Shown: positions 1-12,697 of the stretch, piece after piece
How the letters are laid out: every line of letters starts with the position of its first letter
How positions within the stretch are numbered: the first letter of the stretch is position 1
NCBI GenBank assembly: GCA_002269645.1
Contig: NIVC01001508.1
Span: forward strand, 1-64,000
DNA length: 64,000 bases
Source of the DNA: Macrostomum lignano
Lineage: Eukaryota
Direction: 5' to 3'
Notes under the pieces: generated by a model
Databases searched by the model: none
The model's input: the letters and a program-made list of their open reading frames with translations, nothing else
Told to the model about the DNA's origin: nothing
Program-made: the position numbers and the translations under genes

Positions 1-152
1 CAGTGTCATAGAATTAAAATAAAAATTTGCACTTTAAAATTTGATGTATACATTCGCACCATAAAGAAATTTGAAAGTTCAAAGTTTCTAGAGCTAGACT
101 ACCATAGACTTTTCACTTCAATCGTATAGATGTGGTAGTCCTTTAGAATCTA

Positions 153-1879
153 TTGTATTCAGTATACGTACTTTGTGTTTTGTGGCTGAAAGGACTCAAG
201 CCGAGACCAGTTCTCAAAGCTCCGCTCCGATTCGCTTCCAAATGGCACCCAACCCCAATGGAAGCAATCCCTGGGACTTGGATCGGCTGTCGGCCACTGG
301 TCGACAATATCTGCTTGAGCCTCAAAGTCGCAGCAACATCGTGCGCGCAGCTTCAGCAACGCTTGCAGCAAGAGCAGCAGAGACGATGCGAGCACCAGCA
401 GCTGCTACTGTCAAGCAACAACATCGCTGGACAGCAGCTCCAGGACAACGAGCAGGAGCAACAGGTCAAGGATCAGCAAGAATCAGACGAGGCACGCAAA
501 GCGGATACCGGAGCTCCATCGACGGTAAAAACTTACAAAACTGCTCCGACTCCCCAACACCTCCTCCCCGCACCGAAACCGACGCACAAGATCAGCTCTG
601 ACGAATATCTACTGCCGACAACTCAGTTAAAATTGAGGGCGAAAGCTTCCAAAGAAAACCTTGTTCCTGCCTATGTGGCCATGAGAGAAACAGAGGAGCC
701 GCTGCTAGCTTGACCTCAAAAATCGTTTTCGATGAAGTGAAACAGCGGCATTCAAAGCTGTCAATTAGTGACAGTGCAATGGAAGATAATCCAGAAGCAG
801 AAAAATTACCTTCACGACCGTCTTCTCAAGATGTACTTGAAGAGTTGAGATTCAAGCGCTTTAATCTCTCAGATAAAGGTGAATCAACTGGCATCGACGA
901 ATTTAAAGGCTCAAACGTTCGACTGTCTACTCAGGAGATTTATGACGAGATCCGGGCGTGCCAGTCGGATCTGTATCGGGCCGGCGAGGCCAGTCAGGAC
1001 CAGCCAAACCACCTGTCGACAAAAGAAATCTTAAAAGAGTCCAGGGCAGCAAGTAGAGAGAAGCACTCCCGATCGGTGCTGACCGAGCTCAACCGTCACT
1101 TCAAGCCATAGATGGAAGCCTTCGACTTAACCGTTCAAAAGCAGTTGAGCTCGACTCTGATAACGAGGACGAGGACATCCGCTCTTCACAAAGGAGGGAC
1201 CCAAGATCTAGAACCGCAGCCGGCCTCGACAAAGACGTGCACCACGACAGGCACGCAAAACTGAGCTATCCAAGCGGTCGATCGATACGCCATATCGATG
1301 ATGAAGCCGTGGATGACAACGGCGTGCAGCAGAGACTGGCGGGACGCGCTAGACAAGCGGCTGAATCGCCTGTAGAAACTCGACGATATAGAGGCGGTTC
1401 CGGCATTGGTGGCAGTTACAGGGCACTCTGCCTGCTGGCGAATCCAGAGAGTTGGACAGCTGGAACGAGCAGTCAGTCAATCGTCAGGGCGGTTACCTGA
1501 CCCGCTTCATCGCTCTCCAAACTCGCTGATCGACAGTTTTACGTCATCAGTATCCGTTGCAGAGTGCAGCAGAGTGCTGCAACGCCATGCTTGATGTGCC
1601 TGATTCGCTGTCTGCGAAGCACCGGTCTTTTGGGCAGCTGCTGGAGGGCGGCAATATCCGAATTGGAGGAAGCGTTCGCGCTAAAGGCCGTTGCAGACGC
1701 TGTGGCGGTGGGACCAGGCGAACAAATGCCAAGGCGCAAACCTATCAACAGCCTTACCAGATGGCCCCGCCATGGAACATGACAGCGCTCTCACTGGCGA
1801 GGTCAACAAGTGGCAAGCGTTGGAACAGCTCTGCAGCCTGCAGAACAGCATCCGGAACTGCCCGCACTCTAGTGACTAA
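153..1879 (+). pseudogene. GC-rich, coding-like segment made of successive broken ORFs (decayed gene, or exon with indel errors); product unknown
   Basis: Abutting ORFs 153-713, 710-1111, 1406-1594 and 1691-1879 have protein-like composition (Q/E-rich stretches) but switch frames and contain stops. No recognisable domain and no convincing introns. Confidence 0.3.
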
Positions 1880-2167
1880 ATTTTGCGCACAGAGAACGTT
1901 TTCAAATTTAGGCTTTTAACATGGACGTGTCTCACAAAGATTTTCAATAAAATTATCACATATTCCGTTTCATTCACATGCGACCGGCGTGTTGTTGGTC
2001 CAGTTCATTTCATGGGACGCAAAATTCATTTGAATAGTTCGTTTTTTTATTTAATACCTGCTCCTTGCAGTGCATGAATATAAAAATACTGTGCACATGT
2101 ACTTAACGACTCTGAAAAGAACTAGGCGTAATACGTTACATGCAGCTCAATCGGAGATGGTTAATAT

Positions 2168-2514
<347 letters not shown>

Positions 2515-2715
2515 CCTCCTTCAACTCATTTGCAAAATGGATTGTCTTTCAGAAACCCTTACAGCCCCATTTACCGAGCTCTCAATGAAGTTATTCTACA
2601 AGTTCAGGCAAGCGGGTCTGACCAACTTGGTTAACCCCAGACTGCACTGCCTAAAATCCAGCAACGTTAAGATCGATCGCCAGGAATCAGTAATAGGTCG
2701 GAATAGTCAGGAATA

Positions 2716-2856
2716 GGTCGGGACTGAGTCAGGAATGGGTCGGGACTGAGTCAGGAATGGGTCGGGACTGAGTCAGGAATGGGTCAGGACTGAGTCAGGA
2801 ATGGGTCGGGACTGAGTCAGGAATGGGTCGAGACTGAGTCAGGAATGGTTCGGGAC
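2716..2856. repeat. 22-bp minisatellite (GGTCGGGACTGAGTCAGGAATG), about 6 copies
   Basis: Direct reading. Each unit contains TGAGTCA. Confidence 0.93.
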
Positions 2857-2858
2857 CA

Positions 2859-3110
2859 TTAGCGGCATTTTAGGCACTGGTGAGGGAGACAGGCGGCTGA
2901 TTCTTCCGAACAAATTACTTCTAACAGCACAGCGTGCTTGTCGTTAGCCCTGACAATCCCTAACGAGTGCAGACCCTCAACTAATTGGTCAAAGTTCTCG
3001 CACTTTGGACACGGACACTGATGCCGGTCTGACAGCTTTGGATGAGCAACATGTGCTGGTCTATGTCGGTAAAATGTGGCGAGACTGTTGGTCATGAACG
3101 CGGATGCTCT
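2859..3110 (-). mobile_element. Short Cys-rich DNA-transposase-like fragment (possibly Sola-type), truncated
   Basis: ORF 2859-3095: FYRHRPAHVAHPKLSDRHQCPCPKCENFDQL...C...C..C. It resembles the RPxxV...R..CxCxxxxN motif I recall from N-terminal regions of invertebrate DNA transposases. No DDD catalytic part is seen. Confidence 0.4.
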
Positions 3111-6100
3111 GCTCTAAACTTCCAAAGAAAAATTTTCCATGCTGTAGAGCAGGATCCTTCTTTGCTTCTTCTTGTTGCCAACCACCAACCGTCTCCCTCC
3201 TACCAGCAGTTGCACGCGTGTTTTTTTGCATCGATCGCAAAAAACGTTTAATATCCGCGTTGCGCGAGGCATTTTACTTTCAAAATTCAAAAAGCTCTGA
3301 TTTACTTCCCTTTTATTTTCCTTCTTTTTCCTGCTGAAGACTATTTACTAAGGAACAAAATGTATTTACGAGTACATTAGATAATTGGAAGATAAGTAAT
3401 AATATCAACAAAGTAGTAGTATTTAATAGTAATAAATAATAGCTATACTTTGTCTAATGGAAGTCTTGTCTTTAAAAGATTTTTCAAGGCTAAGTTAAAA
3501 TGCGCTTATAAAAAAGTAACTCTAAAAATCCTATATTACTGACATTATTCCTTTATTATTATTATTATTACTGACTATTTATAGATGGAATGGCAGCGAA
3601 GATTTTGCGCTGCTTTGCGCGTATATTTATATTACAAACAGCGCGAGATTATTGAGGGGCCTAGGGAGGTGCGCACATGTGGCGTGGCGTGATTGGCTAA
3701 GCAAACCCTCCTGGCTTAGCGAGCCGGCTAGCCCGGTGCGCCACCACCCCACCTCAGCTAGACAGAGTTTGGCGGGGGGGTTTCCAGTGCGGCTGCACTG
3801 GTGCTGCCGGTGGCGTAGTCTTGCCGCCACAATATTTTATTATATATAATTAACTAAAGAATATTAGTCAGTTGAATATTTTTCAAAAGTCAATTGCTTT
3901 TACTATACCCAGATGCTTATTCGAAACTAAGGATATTATGGCTTTTGCCCTACCTTAGGATAGGTACCTTTTGTGTGTGGGGTTTTGTTTTTATAATTTT
4001 CGAACTCAGATGTATCACGCACTTATAGAAAAAAAACTTTGCTTAATGATATTGGATATTTTTGTGTATTATTAAATTACTTTTAAATTAAAGGCTTTCT
4101 AAATATATTAGACGATGCTTAAAGTAAGGCTGGATGTATAAAAGTTCGAAAAAATGTTTTCATTTGGATTTTTTCAATGAACATTCGTTTTACTTAATTT
4201 ATTTACTAGTTTATCGCATGCTGTCTAGCAGATTTTTTAAATTTACAAACGCATAATTGTCAATACTATTTAGCCAACGCAAACGGAGAAAAGGAACCAA
4301 ATAGATATTAAGGATGCGCATTACTTCTTTAAAATATAATTGCATACAAAAGTCTTTGCTGTGGCTAAGAAAATAACATTTTTTTGCAAAAAAACTTGAT
4401 TGGCTTCATTCATGATTTGTCAGCGCGATAACTTTAAATTAGCATAATGCAGCAGATCACTGTTTCTTTATTTCATTTTTCCTTTACAAAGGCTTTGTTT
4501 ATTATTTTTTATTACCAATATTATTTCTTTAAGAGTTGCAGGACAGCGCAATATTTAAATAAATTGCTGAGGTTTGTTATAGCTACTACGAGCGTACATC
4601 AAACCGAGAACGAGTAACAACAAATTCTGCATGAACTCGATTGATGATTCTGAAATCTAAAAACCGAACCAACCATTCAACCAAACATGTTCGGCTCTGT
4701 TCGGCTCGGCTGCAGCCGATTTGTATTATCAACCGAAGAATAGTATTTTTTGTTCAAACTATATATCGGATTTTAAATGTGTTTATCGATTTGTAGAAAT
4801 CTGCTGAATTCAAAGTGTTTAATTAATTTTCAACATATGTTAAAATCGTCCGACCAATTCTAGGCCTACTACAGACATCCCAAATCAAGAAAAATCTTTT
4901 TTTTCTTTTTTTTAAACTATTTTTTTTAATAACACTAATTTTCTCGAGTATCTATCGAGTACAATGTCAAAGCTTGGGCTTTATATAGGCCTAGTTTTGT
5001 TGATGAGAATATAGCTATTCTTTCTATTCTAATCATGTCACTTGTGGATTCTTGAAATATATTTCTTCTCATGAGACAGTCAAAACGAAAGAAAGTCACT
5101 TGCATGTTCAGTTTTAAAGACACCTTGTTTGGTTGATGAGATCTTATCATCTTACCCTAGGTTTCCACCTTCATAGGCCTATTATTAGGCCTAGTAAGTT
5201 AGGCCAAGCCTAAATATACAACTAACAACATCAGATAGGGCCTACAGCTATTATAGGGGTCTATGCCTATATATATGTGGTTGCCCATATCTAAATTGAA
5301 TGCTATATAGATATAGGCCTATGGCAATTCACTCTAGGCTCCCTAGCCTAATGACTAGGCCTAGGCTGGGTAGGCCCTATCTAAATCGTCAAATTCTAAA
5401 ATTGTCAAAATTGTCATAGGCCCCCTATTCTAAATTGTCATATGATTGTGATATGATATGATATGATATGATGACTAGGCCTAGGGCCTAATGACTTGAT
5501 TAGAGTTAGGCCTATCAAACTATGCAATCTTTTTATCAGTTCTAGCTAAACCAAAAGGATAAGGATGTTATTATTGTTAGTGCTAAAGATAATATGAGTA
5601 ACTACAAAATACCACATCAATCACAATCACTACAATGCATAATTCATGAACATAGCTATAGTAGTTTTGAATTCAAAGTTAATAAATAAATAAAACCAAG
5701 TTTTTTCAATTAGCTAATATTGATAGTAAGTGGCATGCATCACTATGCTACTTGTTAACATGAAAACTTTTGAACAAATCAAGTTGCTTTAGGCAAACTC
5801 TTATGAAGATCATTTATATAAAATATTTAAAGTTTTCAGTTTTAGGCTATGTTAAGGCTACTAGCTACCTTTACTTATATACCTGATACAAATTGATAGG
5901 ACTGAATCAAATGCAATATAGATAATGTGTTATTTCTTTTTTAATTTCTTGCTTCACAATATTTTTACACTTTCTATATTCAATTCAATCTTGCTTGACT
6001 ACTCTTGAATTTTAAGCCCATTCTCAAAATTTCAAGATCAAGATCTCAGTTGGACTCTAAGGCTTTTTGCTTTTTCCTCTTTATAGCAAGTTTGGGATAT

Positions 6101-6539
6101 CCTTTACATTACATTGCATTTGCACCCCCTTTATAGTAGGCTTGGCACTTTGTTTATAGCAGGCCTAACAACTACCTAAGATGTTCCCTTTAATTATAAA
6201 AATCCAAACTAAATAAAAATTAAATGGTAATTATAGTTATATATAATTATAATTAATTATACTGCTTAAGTATTTTAGAGAAACTAAGCAGAGTAAATAT
6301 GCTATATAATAGCAAAAATCAAATTCTTTGTTTTTTTCCTGGGTGCCAACTTTTTTTAAAAAGTTAATTTTTTGTTTTTTAATACTTTGTCACATTTCTA
6401 TTTAGAAAAAAAATTGTATCGCTAGCATAATTTTTTAGGTTTTTCATGTATGATAAAGTAACTATAAAAATGTTGGTCATAGTATACAAAATTTTGTATT
6501 AGGATTTTTGCTTAGCAAGCAAAATCAAAGCATATGGGA

Positions 6540-6960
6540 CTGGGAGAATTGCTTAGGTTTTGACACTTATAGAAAAAATTGCTAAGTTTTAAAGGCTTGT
6601 AAAGAAATTTCTAAGATGTCAAGGCTCATGTACGCTTTTCTTAAAAGTCAAGGCTTTTTTAGAACTTTGATAAGATATCAAGGCTTATAGTGGAAATTAA
6701 TAAGAAGTCAAGGCTTGTGGTAGGGAATTATTGAAATGCTGTGGCTTTTAAAGCAAATTGCTAAGATACCAAGGTTCATTTTGAAAATTGCTAAGATATC
6801 AGCAAGGCTTATAAATGGATTTATGAGATGTCAAGGCTCATGGGAGAATTACTGAAATGCTATGGCAATTTAGAGTTTCTAAGATTTCAAGGTTCATTTT
6901 GGAAAATTGCTACAAATATCAAGGCTTATGAGTAGAGTTGCTAAGATTCCATGGGTCAAT
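6540..6960. repeat. Old, diverged tandem repeat of about 29-30 bp (consensus approx. AAATTGCTAAGATGTCAAGGCTTATGG)
   Basis: TCAAGG/CCAAGG cores recur at about 29-30 bp spacing (near 6619, 6648, 6678, 6708, ...6831, 6887, 6919), usually preceded by CTAAGAT-like words. Confidence 0.7.
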
Positions 6961-7659
6961 TGAAAGTTGTTGGTTGGCCAAGCCAAAGGCAGATCAAAGG
7001 GAGAGTTGGGTTTAAGCCATGACTTTGATGCCAAAGCTTGTAGGGATACTGAAATCTTAGGCTGGATAGCTGGCTTTTAAGACTGATGCTTTTTGCTTTA
7101 AACACTTTTCCTTAGAATGCTAGAAATAGTGATTGTACAATGTCAAATAAAGCAACATATTTTATTTTAAAAATATTCCTTCTTGTTGCCCCCTCCAACA
7201 AGAGGTGCTGATTGCTTGTGCCTTCTAATTCTTAGATATAAATGCATAGAATGTGAAATGATCCCATATTTTGCACACCAATAGCTTGAGCCATTGGGCA
7301 ACACTAACAAATTTTTGTATTTAATTTAAATATTTGCTAATATGTCATTTGATTTGTATTACAGTGATTTAGGTATCTAGGGTATATATTAGATGTGCTG
7401 AGCCCCAGAAACCTGAATGATTTAGCTATTATCTTTTCCTTTTTTAATAGTAAAATTTCTAGCAGACAGCTTCATTACAAGATATAAAGCTATAAAGGAC
7501 ATATATCCAAATTAATGCTATAATCAGGTTATTTATTTGTAGCGCTGCTACTCATAGTAGTAATAGAAGCTGCACTACCAACACTAGAAATTTAGTAATC
7601 CAAAATTTGATCCAGTAATAGAGCGCATGTATATATCAATACACATTTTTCAGTTTAGA

Positions 7660-7959
7660 ATGTCCTCAGCCAGCAGCGTCCTCCGTGATCCAACTATGCA
7701 GAGGCAGCTGCTAGCCATGAAGCAGCAGCAAGAATTCCAGGCCAATGTGGCCAAATTCACCGAGCACTGCTGGGATCGGTGCGATGTGAAAGCTACCGCC
7801 AAGATGGAAGCAAAAACTAGCAGGTGTATTGCTAATTGCGTTGAGCGATACCTGGATGCCAGCAGCCGTTTATCTGCCGATCTGCCTAATTTGCTGTCGA
7901 GAATGGCGGATTCTCGGCAGCAGGCGCCTCCCAGCTCAGCGAAGACCATCTGGGGATAA
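7660..7959 (+). CDS. TIMM8: Mitochondrial intermembrane-space chaperone Tim8 (small Tim family), single coding exon, 99 aa
   Basis: Twin CX3C motif CWDRC-x14-CIANC, with QQQEFQANVAKFTEHCW and NCVERYLDAS matching the Tim8/DDP1 consensus. ATG at 7660 follows a TTTTTCAG acceptor; TAA ends at 7959. Confidence 0.93.
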   Translation: MSSASSVLRDPTMQRQLLAMKQQQEFQANVAKFTEHCWDRCDVKATAKMEAKTSRCIANCVERYLDASSRLSADLPNLLSRMADSRQQAPPSSAKTIWG

Positions 7960-8505
7960 CTGACTACGGTTCAATACGATAGTATTCTCATTGTCTGAGT
8001 TTTGTTGGCAACCCTTATGCTAATTAGTTGTTTTATTGTAACAATCCTAGCTAGATTGAGTAAAATATATACCCTTTATAAATTAAATTCATAATTTGTG
8101 CATTTGTATGCAGGAAATCAATTTTGCGAGAGTACTCTTTGTCTGGTACTTTTGTGGCAGATATTATTTCGCTATGTGTCGTCAAGCCAGTATATTTAGG
8201 TCATCTTTATGATTTGGAATGCTTAGATTTGGCAACAGAAAGTTTGTGGTCAGATAAATTGCACTTTATTTTGCATGCAAATTTAAAATAACTCAAGGCT
8301 AATCTCGAAAGCTTTCTTCGGGAAACTACCTTTCTTGGGAAATTTTTAGAAGGCAGCTACCGAAAAGTGCATTACGGAGAATAAAGGTTTCTTATTCGCT
8401 GAAGAAATGTAAACCTTCTATCTACGTAATATATTCTTTTCGGTACAACCTGCCTTGCTAAATGTTTGTTTATTGTTGTGACATCTTCGACTGTCAACCA
8501 ACTCG

Positions 8506-11500
8506 TTAGGCGAAATCCTGGCACTTGATCATCACTTTGATTGCATTGCCAGCCGCCGTTCTTGACGTCTCAAACGCTTCTTCACTTCGGTCCAGAGGAT
8601 ATCTAAAATTCAGCGTCGGGGAAATTTATTTTTAAATACAGTATTTGTTACTATTTTTGCTTTGTCACATTGTTATCCAATGAATCAATAAGTCACAGGT
8701 CTTTAGCATTTTGTCTGTACTGTGAACGAGCCTTCATACCAGTAGTAAGTAACGAGATAATTGTTTCTTCGATGTACGAAGTAGTTCAGGAGTTGGCAAC
8801 TCTGGCCCGCGGGCCACTTGCGGCATGCATAGCCTCCATCCGGCCCGGCCCTTCTCATGTCTCTTCTCAGCTCCTCTCTAATCTCTTCTATCCTCTCTCC
8901 TATTCTCTGGCTCACAGACATGCGCTCGGTTCTCTATCTGGCCTTTAAGGTAAAAAGTTTGCCGACGCCGACTCCTCATGTGGTTCGTGAAGGTGAAATA
9001 TTTTAATTTATCTTGACAGCCTGGGACTCTCACGAACGTGGCTCTGTCGCTGTAGGAGTTGACAATCCGTTGTGATGTTAGCTTACAAAAGAGAGTCAAT
9101 CTGAGGGTCTGTTGTCTGGGCTATTGGATCTGGTGTATGGAGGTGGGCGTTGTCCTTTGCTAGAAGTCGAGTGAATTTATCAATTCAGAGTAGTTCCATT
9201 ATCTTCTGAGACTGTCTATTGGGGCTGAAGGTTATTTAACGCAAGTGCAAGACTGAGCGAGGGCGAACAAAGGAGAAAAAGTCAGGTCAAAAGGCGAAGC
9301 TACTTGCTGGGTTTTAACAGGGTTTTATATGGCATTTTGTCAGTCTTTTGCATTGGAAGGTGTTTCCATTTCCGGTAACACAACCTGGCGGCCAGCGTTG
9401 CCACAAGCAGCTATGGCCATTTTGGAGAGCCGAGCTGCATGCACATGGTGACATGTACATGATTGTAAACTGTCCGAAGGCATACACATTTTTCTTATGA
9501 GTTTCTCATCGGCTAGCTTGTAAATGTCTCAAGTGAATGTTTTAATATAACTCTGGGCTACTCAGCCCCCACCAATTCCTTCTCACCTGTGCGTTATAAG
9601 TCTTCGAACATCAACTGCGCCTCTTGCCACCAGAGACAGCGCATCCGAGTAGCAGTTGGCGTAGCGGAACACGCCGCGAATTTCCACCTCGCGAACGACG
9701 GCGTCTGAGCTAATGGCAGCGGCATCTCGCGAACCCGACCGCGGCCAACTGTAATGAGGCAGCCGCCCGGCTTGCAGGAGAGCAGCGAGAGCCGCACCGC
9801 ATCTACTGAGCCGGTGCACTCGATGGCCGCGTCCGGTTGGCGATCGCCGAAGAGACGATTCACCGCGGCAACTTGCGACTCGACGCCTGGAGGTACATGT
9901 AGAATTTTCCAGATAGGATTCTATCAGGCTGATTCTTAAGCAAGTTGTGAGTTAAGAGTCAAAGAACGTTTGCACTACGTACATGTAATTAGGAAGGCTG
10001 GAAGTGTCTGCAGAGCTCTTTGAATAGTAGTAAAGTTTTTGGCTCGTTAATTTGTTTTGGTTGGTGTTCCAGCAAAAATTTCGTTAAATTCAGCCATCAC
10101 CTGCGATTCCTTTGGAAAGCTCATTTAGCGTTAATATGGCTAATCCAACATATCCAAGGACAACTTGAACATATCCAAAATGAGCACTTTTAGTCTATGA
10201 AACAGATCTCTAAGACATCTTTGAAATCTACTAAACAACAATATAATAAGCTAGATCGATCCAGGGACTTCTAAAAATAGAATCACAATGGCATCTCAGT
10301 GGTGTTATTTCTAGAAGTCCCTGATCGCGATCTAATAATTAAACATTGTGACCTAGCTGTCCAAATCGCGAGAAAACAGTCGAAAGCTTGTGATTTGTGA
10401 CTTTTCTAGACTGTCTGGCACCAAGATTAGACTCCAAACAAAAGCTGTCAAGAAAAGATTAACAGACCCGAAAAGAGCTACTTAAAATTCTAAAGAGAGC
10501 GCAAGGTGACCTAGACAAAAACAATAAACAATCATAAATCCAATAATAATTAGAATTCCCACATCAGAGAGGAAAAGTGGATAAAAACGCTGGCGGCCTA
10601 CTACTGCTAGTAGCCTATGCTGTTAATATGTGAATTAAGAATTAAGTGTCTTGAGATCTTGAGATAGAGTTAAAAATACGAGACACTCCCCCCAAGCTTG
10701 GTAATTCAATGCAGTACGTGCTGCACTGTAGCCAACTCTTCCACAGAAGGTAGTTTTTATAGCATTGAGAGGCACTTTGCTCACAAGGTTCTACAGGCAT
10801 GGCTAAAGTCACAGTGCTGTTGGTCGGCTTATCTGGGGCCATAAATATCTAATACTCGCAGCTTAGCCTGTTGCCATATCAGTAGAGAAGATCCAGCCAA
10901 ATGCAACGAGCAGAAATCTGCTCAGGGGAACCACCTGTGCTATCATGCCTGTCAAACTCCACAACAACTTCACGAACGTCCCCACCAGCAATATTTGAAA
11001 ACCTTATCAAATGAAAACGCAAGACAAGGCCAGCTAATTTGCCTTGAATTCGAGCAGGTGCTGGACCACTTTAAAGTACTGTACTTGGGAAGACAACTAA
11101 TTTTGCTTAATCAACCGTAGCTGCATAAAATCGTCCAAACCATAACATGGGTAGGGTAGCTAGGGCGTCATTGCGTGTACTATAGAGTACTATAGTAACT
11201 TTTAGAATCCGAAAACAGTCAGCAGTGTTGGAAGTAACGAAACCAATTTATATCAGTCTACTAGATCCAAAAATTCAATAATATCATAAGAAGCTCGATC
11301 GATGTACTATATACTAGCTATACAATCTAATATAGCAGGAATTTTAGCAAAAAGTTAACCCACATCGCCACATGCGCTTACAATTCAATGATACAACTGC
11401 ACTTACTCTGAGACTCAGTGACCAGTAGCGTACCGTCGGCACCCATCTCCTTGGCGACGGTGAGTCGGTGCGGGTTGATGTCGGTCAGAATCACCGTGTC

Positions 11501-12565
11501 GGCGCCCATAGCCTTAGCCGTCAGCAGGTTGACGAGGCCGATTGGCCCAGCGCCGCAGATCAGCACGCGGCTGCCGAGCGTCACTCCGGCCCTGCGGCAC
11601 GCGTGGACGCCGACGCTGAGCGGCTCGAGTAGGGCGCCCTCCTCCAGCGAGACGTGATCCGGCAGACGGAAGCAAAAGTCGGCGTCGTGCACGTGCCACC
11701 CGCTGAGACTACCATCTACCGGCGGAGTGGCCAGGAACTTCACGTCGGGGCACAGGTTGTACCTCCCCGACTTGCAGAGGTCGCAGAATCGGCACGGAAT
11801 CCCGGGCTCGACGGCGACTCGATCGCCCGGTCGGAGACTGTCTACTTCAGCGCCGACCTCGGTCACCACGCCGGCCGACTCGTGTCCGAGCACCATCGGC
11901 TGACGGACTACAAAGTCTCCGATGGCGCCGTGCGTCCAGTAGTGCACGTCGGAGCCGCAGATGCCCACCGAGTCCATGCGGAGCAGCACTTGGCGGGGAC
12001 CGGGCCGCGGGATCGGGCGCTCCTCCTGCGATGTGCGTGTCGGACATGGCAGATTTTACTATCTGGACTGTTGATTGAAAGATTTATTAATCTAGAGATT
12101 ACAGCATCAAAACGGATCATTCTGGTCGTAGGCTCCGTTCACACTCGATTAGATGAGTGCAAACTTGGCGCACGAGTTGTTGTTATAGCAATGGAATTGA
12201 ACTTTCTCGCCAAGCATTTGAGATTTAACTGACTTTTAGCATGTAGACCACAACTTCCTTGAATTGGACAAATTTGGAACATCAAGTCGTGCCATAGCTA
12301 TATGCATGGTTTTATTGCATGTGTACCAGAGTCTCCCAGGCAGAAGGAACTGTGTAATTTAACTACATTTCTCTTATAAAACTCAAATATGGCTTACTAT
12401 TTTATTTAATCCTTCTACATGTAATTTAACATTATAACTACGGGCAGACGTAAATCCAATTATTCGAATAGTATAAATATTAAAATAGTCACTCAAGAAT
12501 TGCCTTACCAATACAATTTCATTCGCGCGTCGAAGCACAACGGCAATGTTCTTTTCAGCGGACAT
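8506..12565 (-). CDS. SORD: Sorbitol dehydrogenase paralog B, 4 exons, frameshifted in exon 3 as assembled
   Basis: Exons 12565-12509 ([19 protein letters not shown]), 12025-11407 ([18 protein letters not shown]...C, GAGPIG), 9886-9587 and 8602-8506 ([31 protein letters not shown]). All introns are GT-AG. Exon 3 is 300 nt and the frame breaks near 9705-9715 ([15 protein letters not shown]). AATAAA lies about 32 nt after the stop. Confidence 0.88.
8787..8970. mobile_element. hAT/Charlie-like MITE remnant in SORD-B intron 3
   Basis: Starts CAGGAGTTGGCAAC..GGCCCGCGGGCC and ends AAAGTTTGCCGACGCCG, with a CT-rich interior. Resembles CAGGGGTCGGCAAACT/TTTGCCGACCCCTG hAT termini. No intact 8-bp TSD. 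Confidence 0.55.
10252..10334. repeat. Imperfect inverted repeat (hairpin) in SORD-B intron 2
   Basis: CAGGGACTTCTA (10262-10273) pairs perfectly with TAGAAGTCCCTG (10312-10323). Arms extend to about 33 nt around a loop of about 12 nt. Confidence 0.85.
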
Positions 12566-12697
12566 CTGTAAACCAAAGTGTAGAGGTGGAGATTTGCGAG
12601 TTTCGTACATGTAATTGTATAGATAGTAGCTGTCTCAAACAATAGTGAAGCATAATTAGTTTCTTGACACTTTCTATAGAACAGTGCTACCTGTAAT

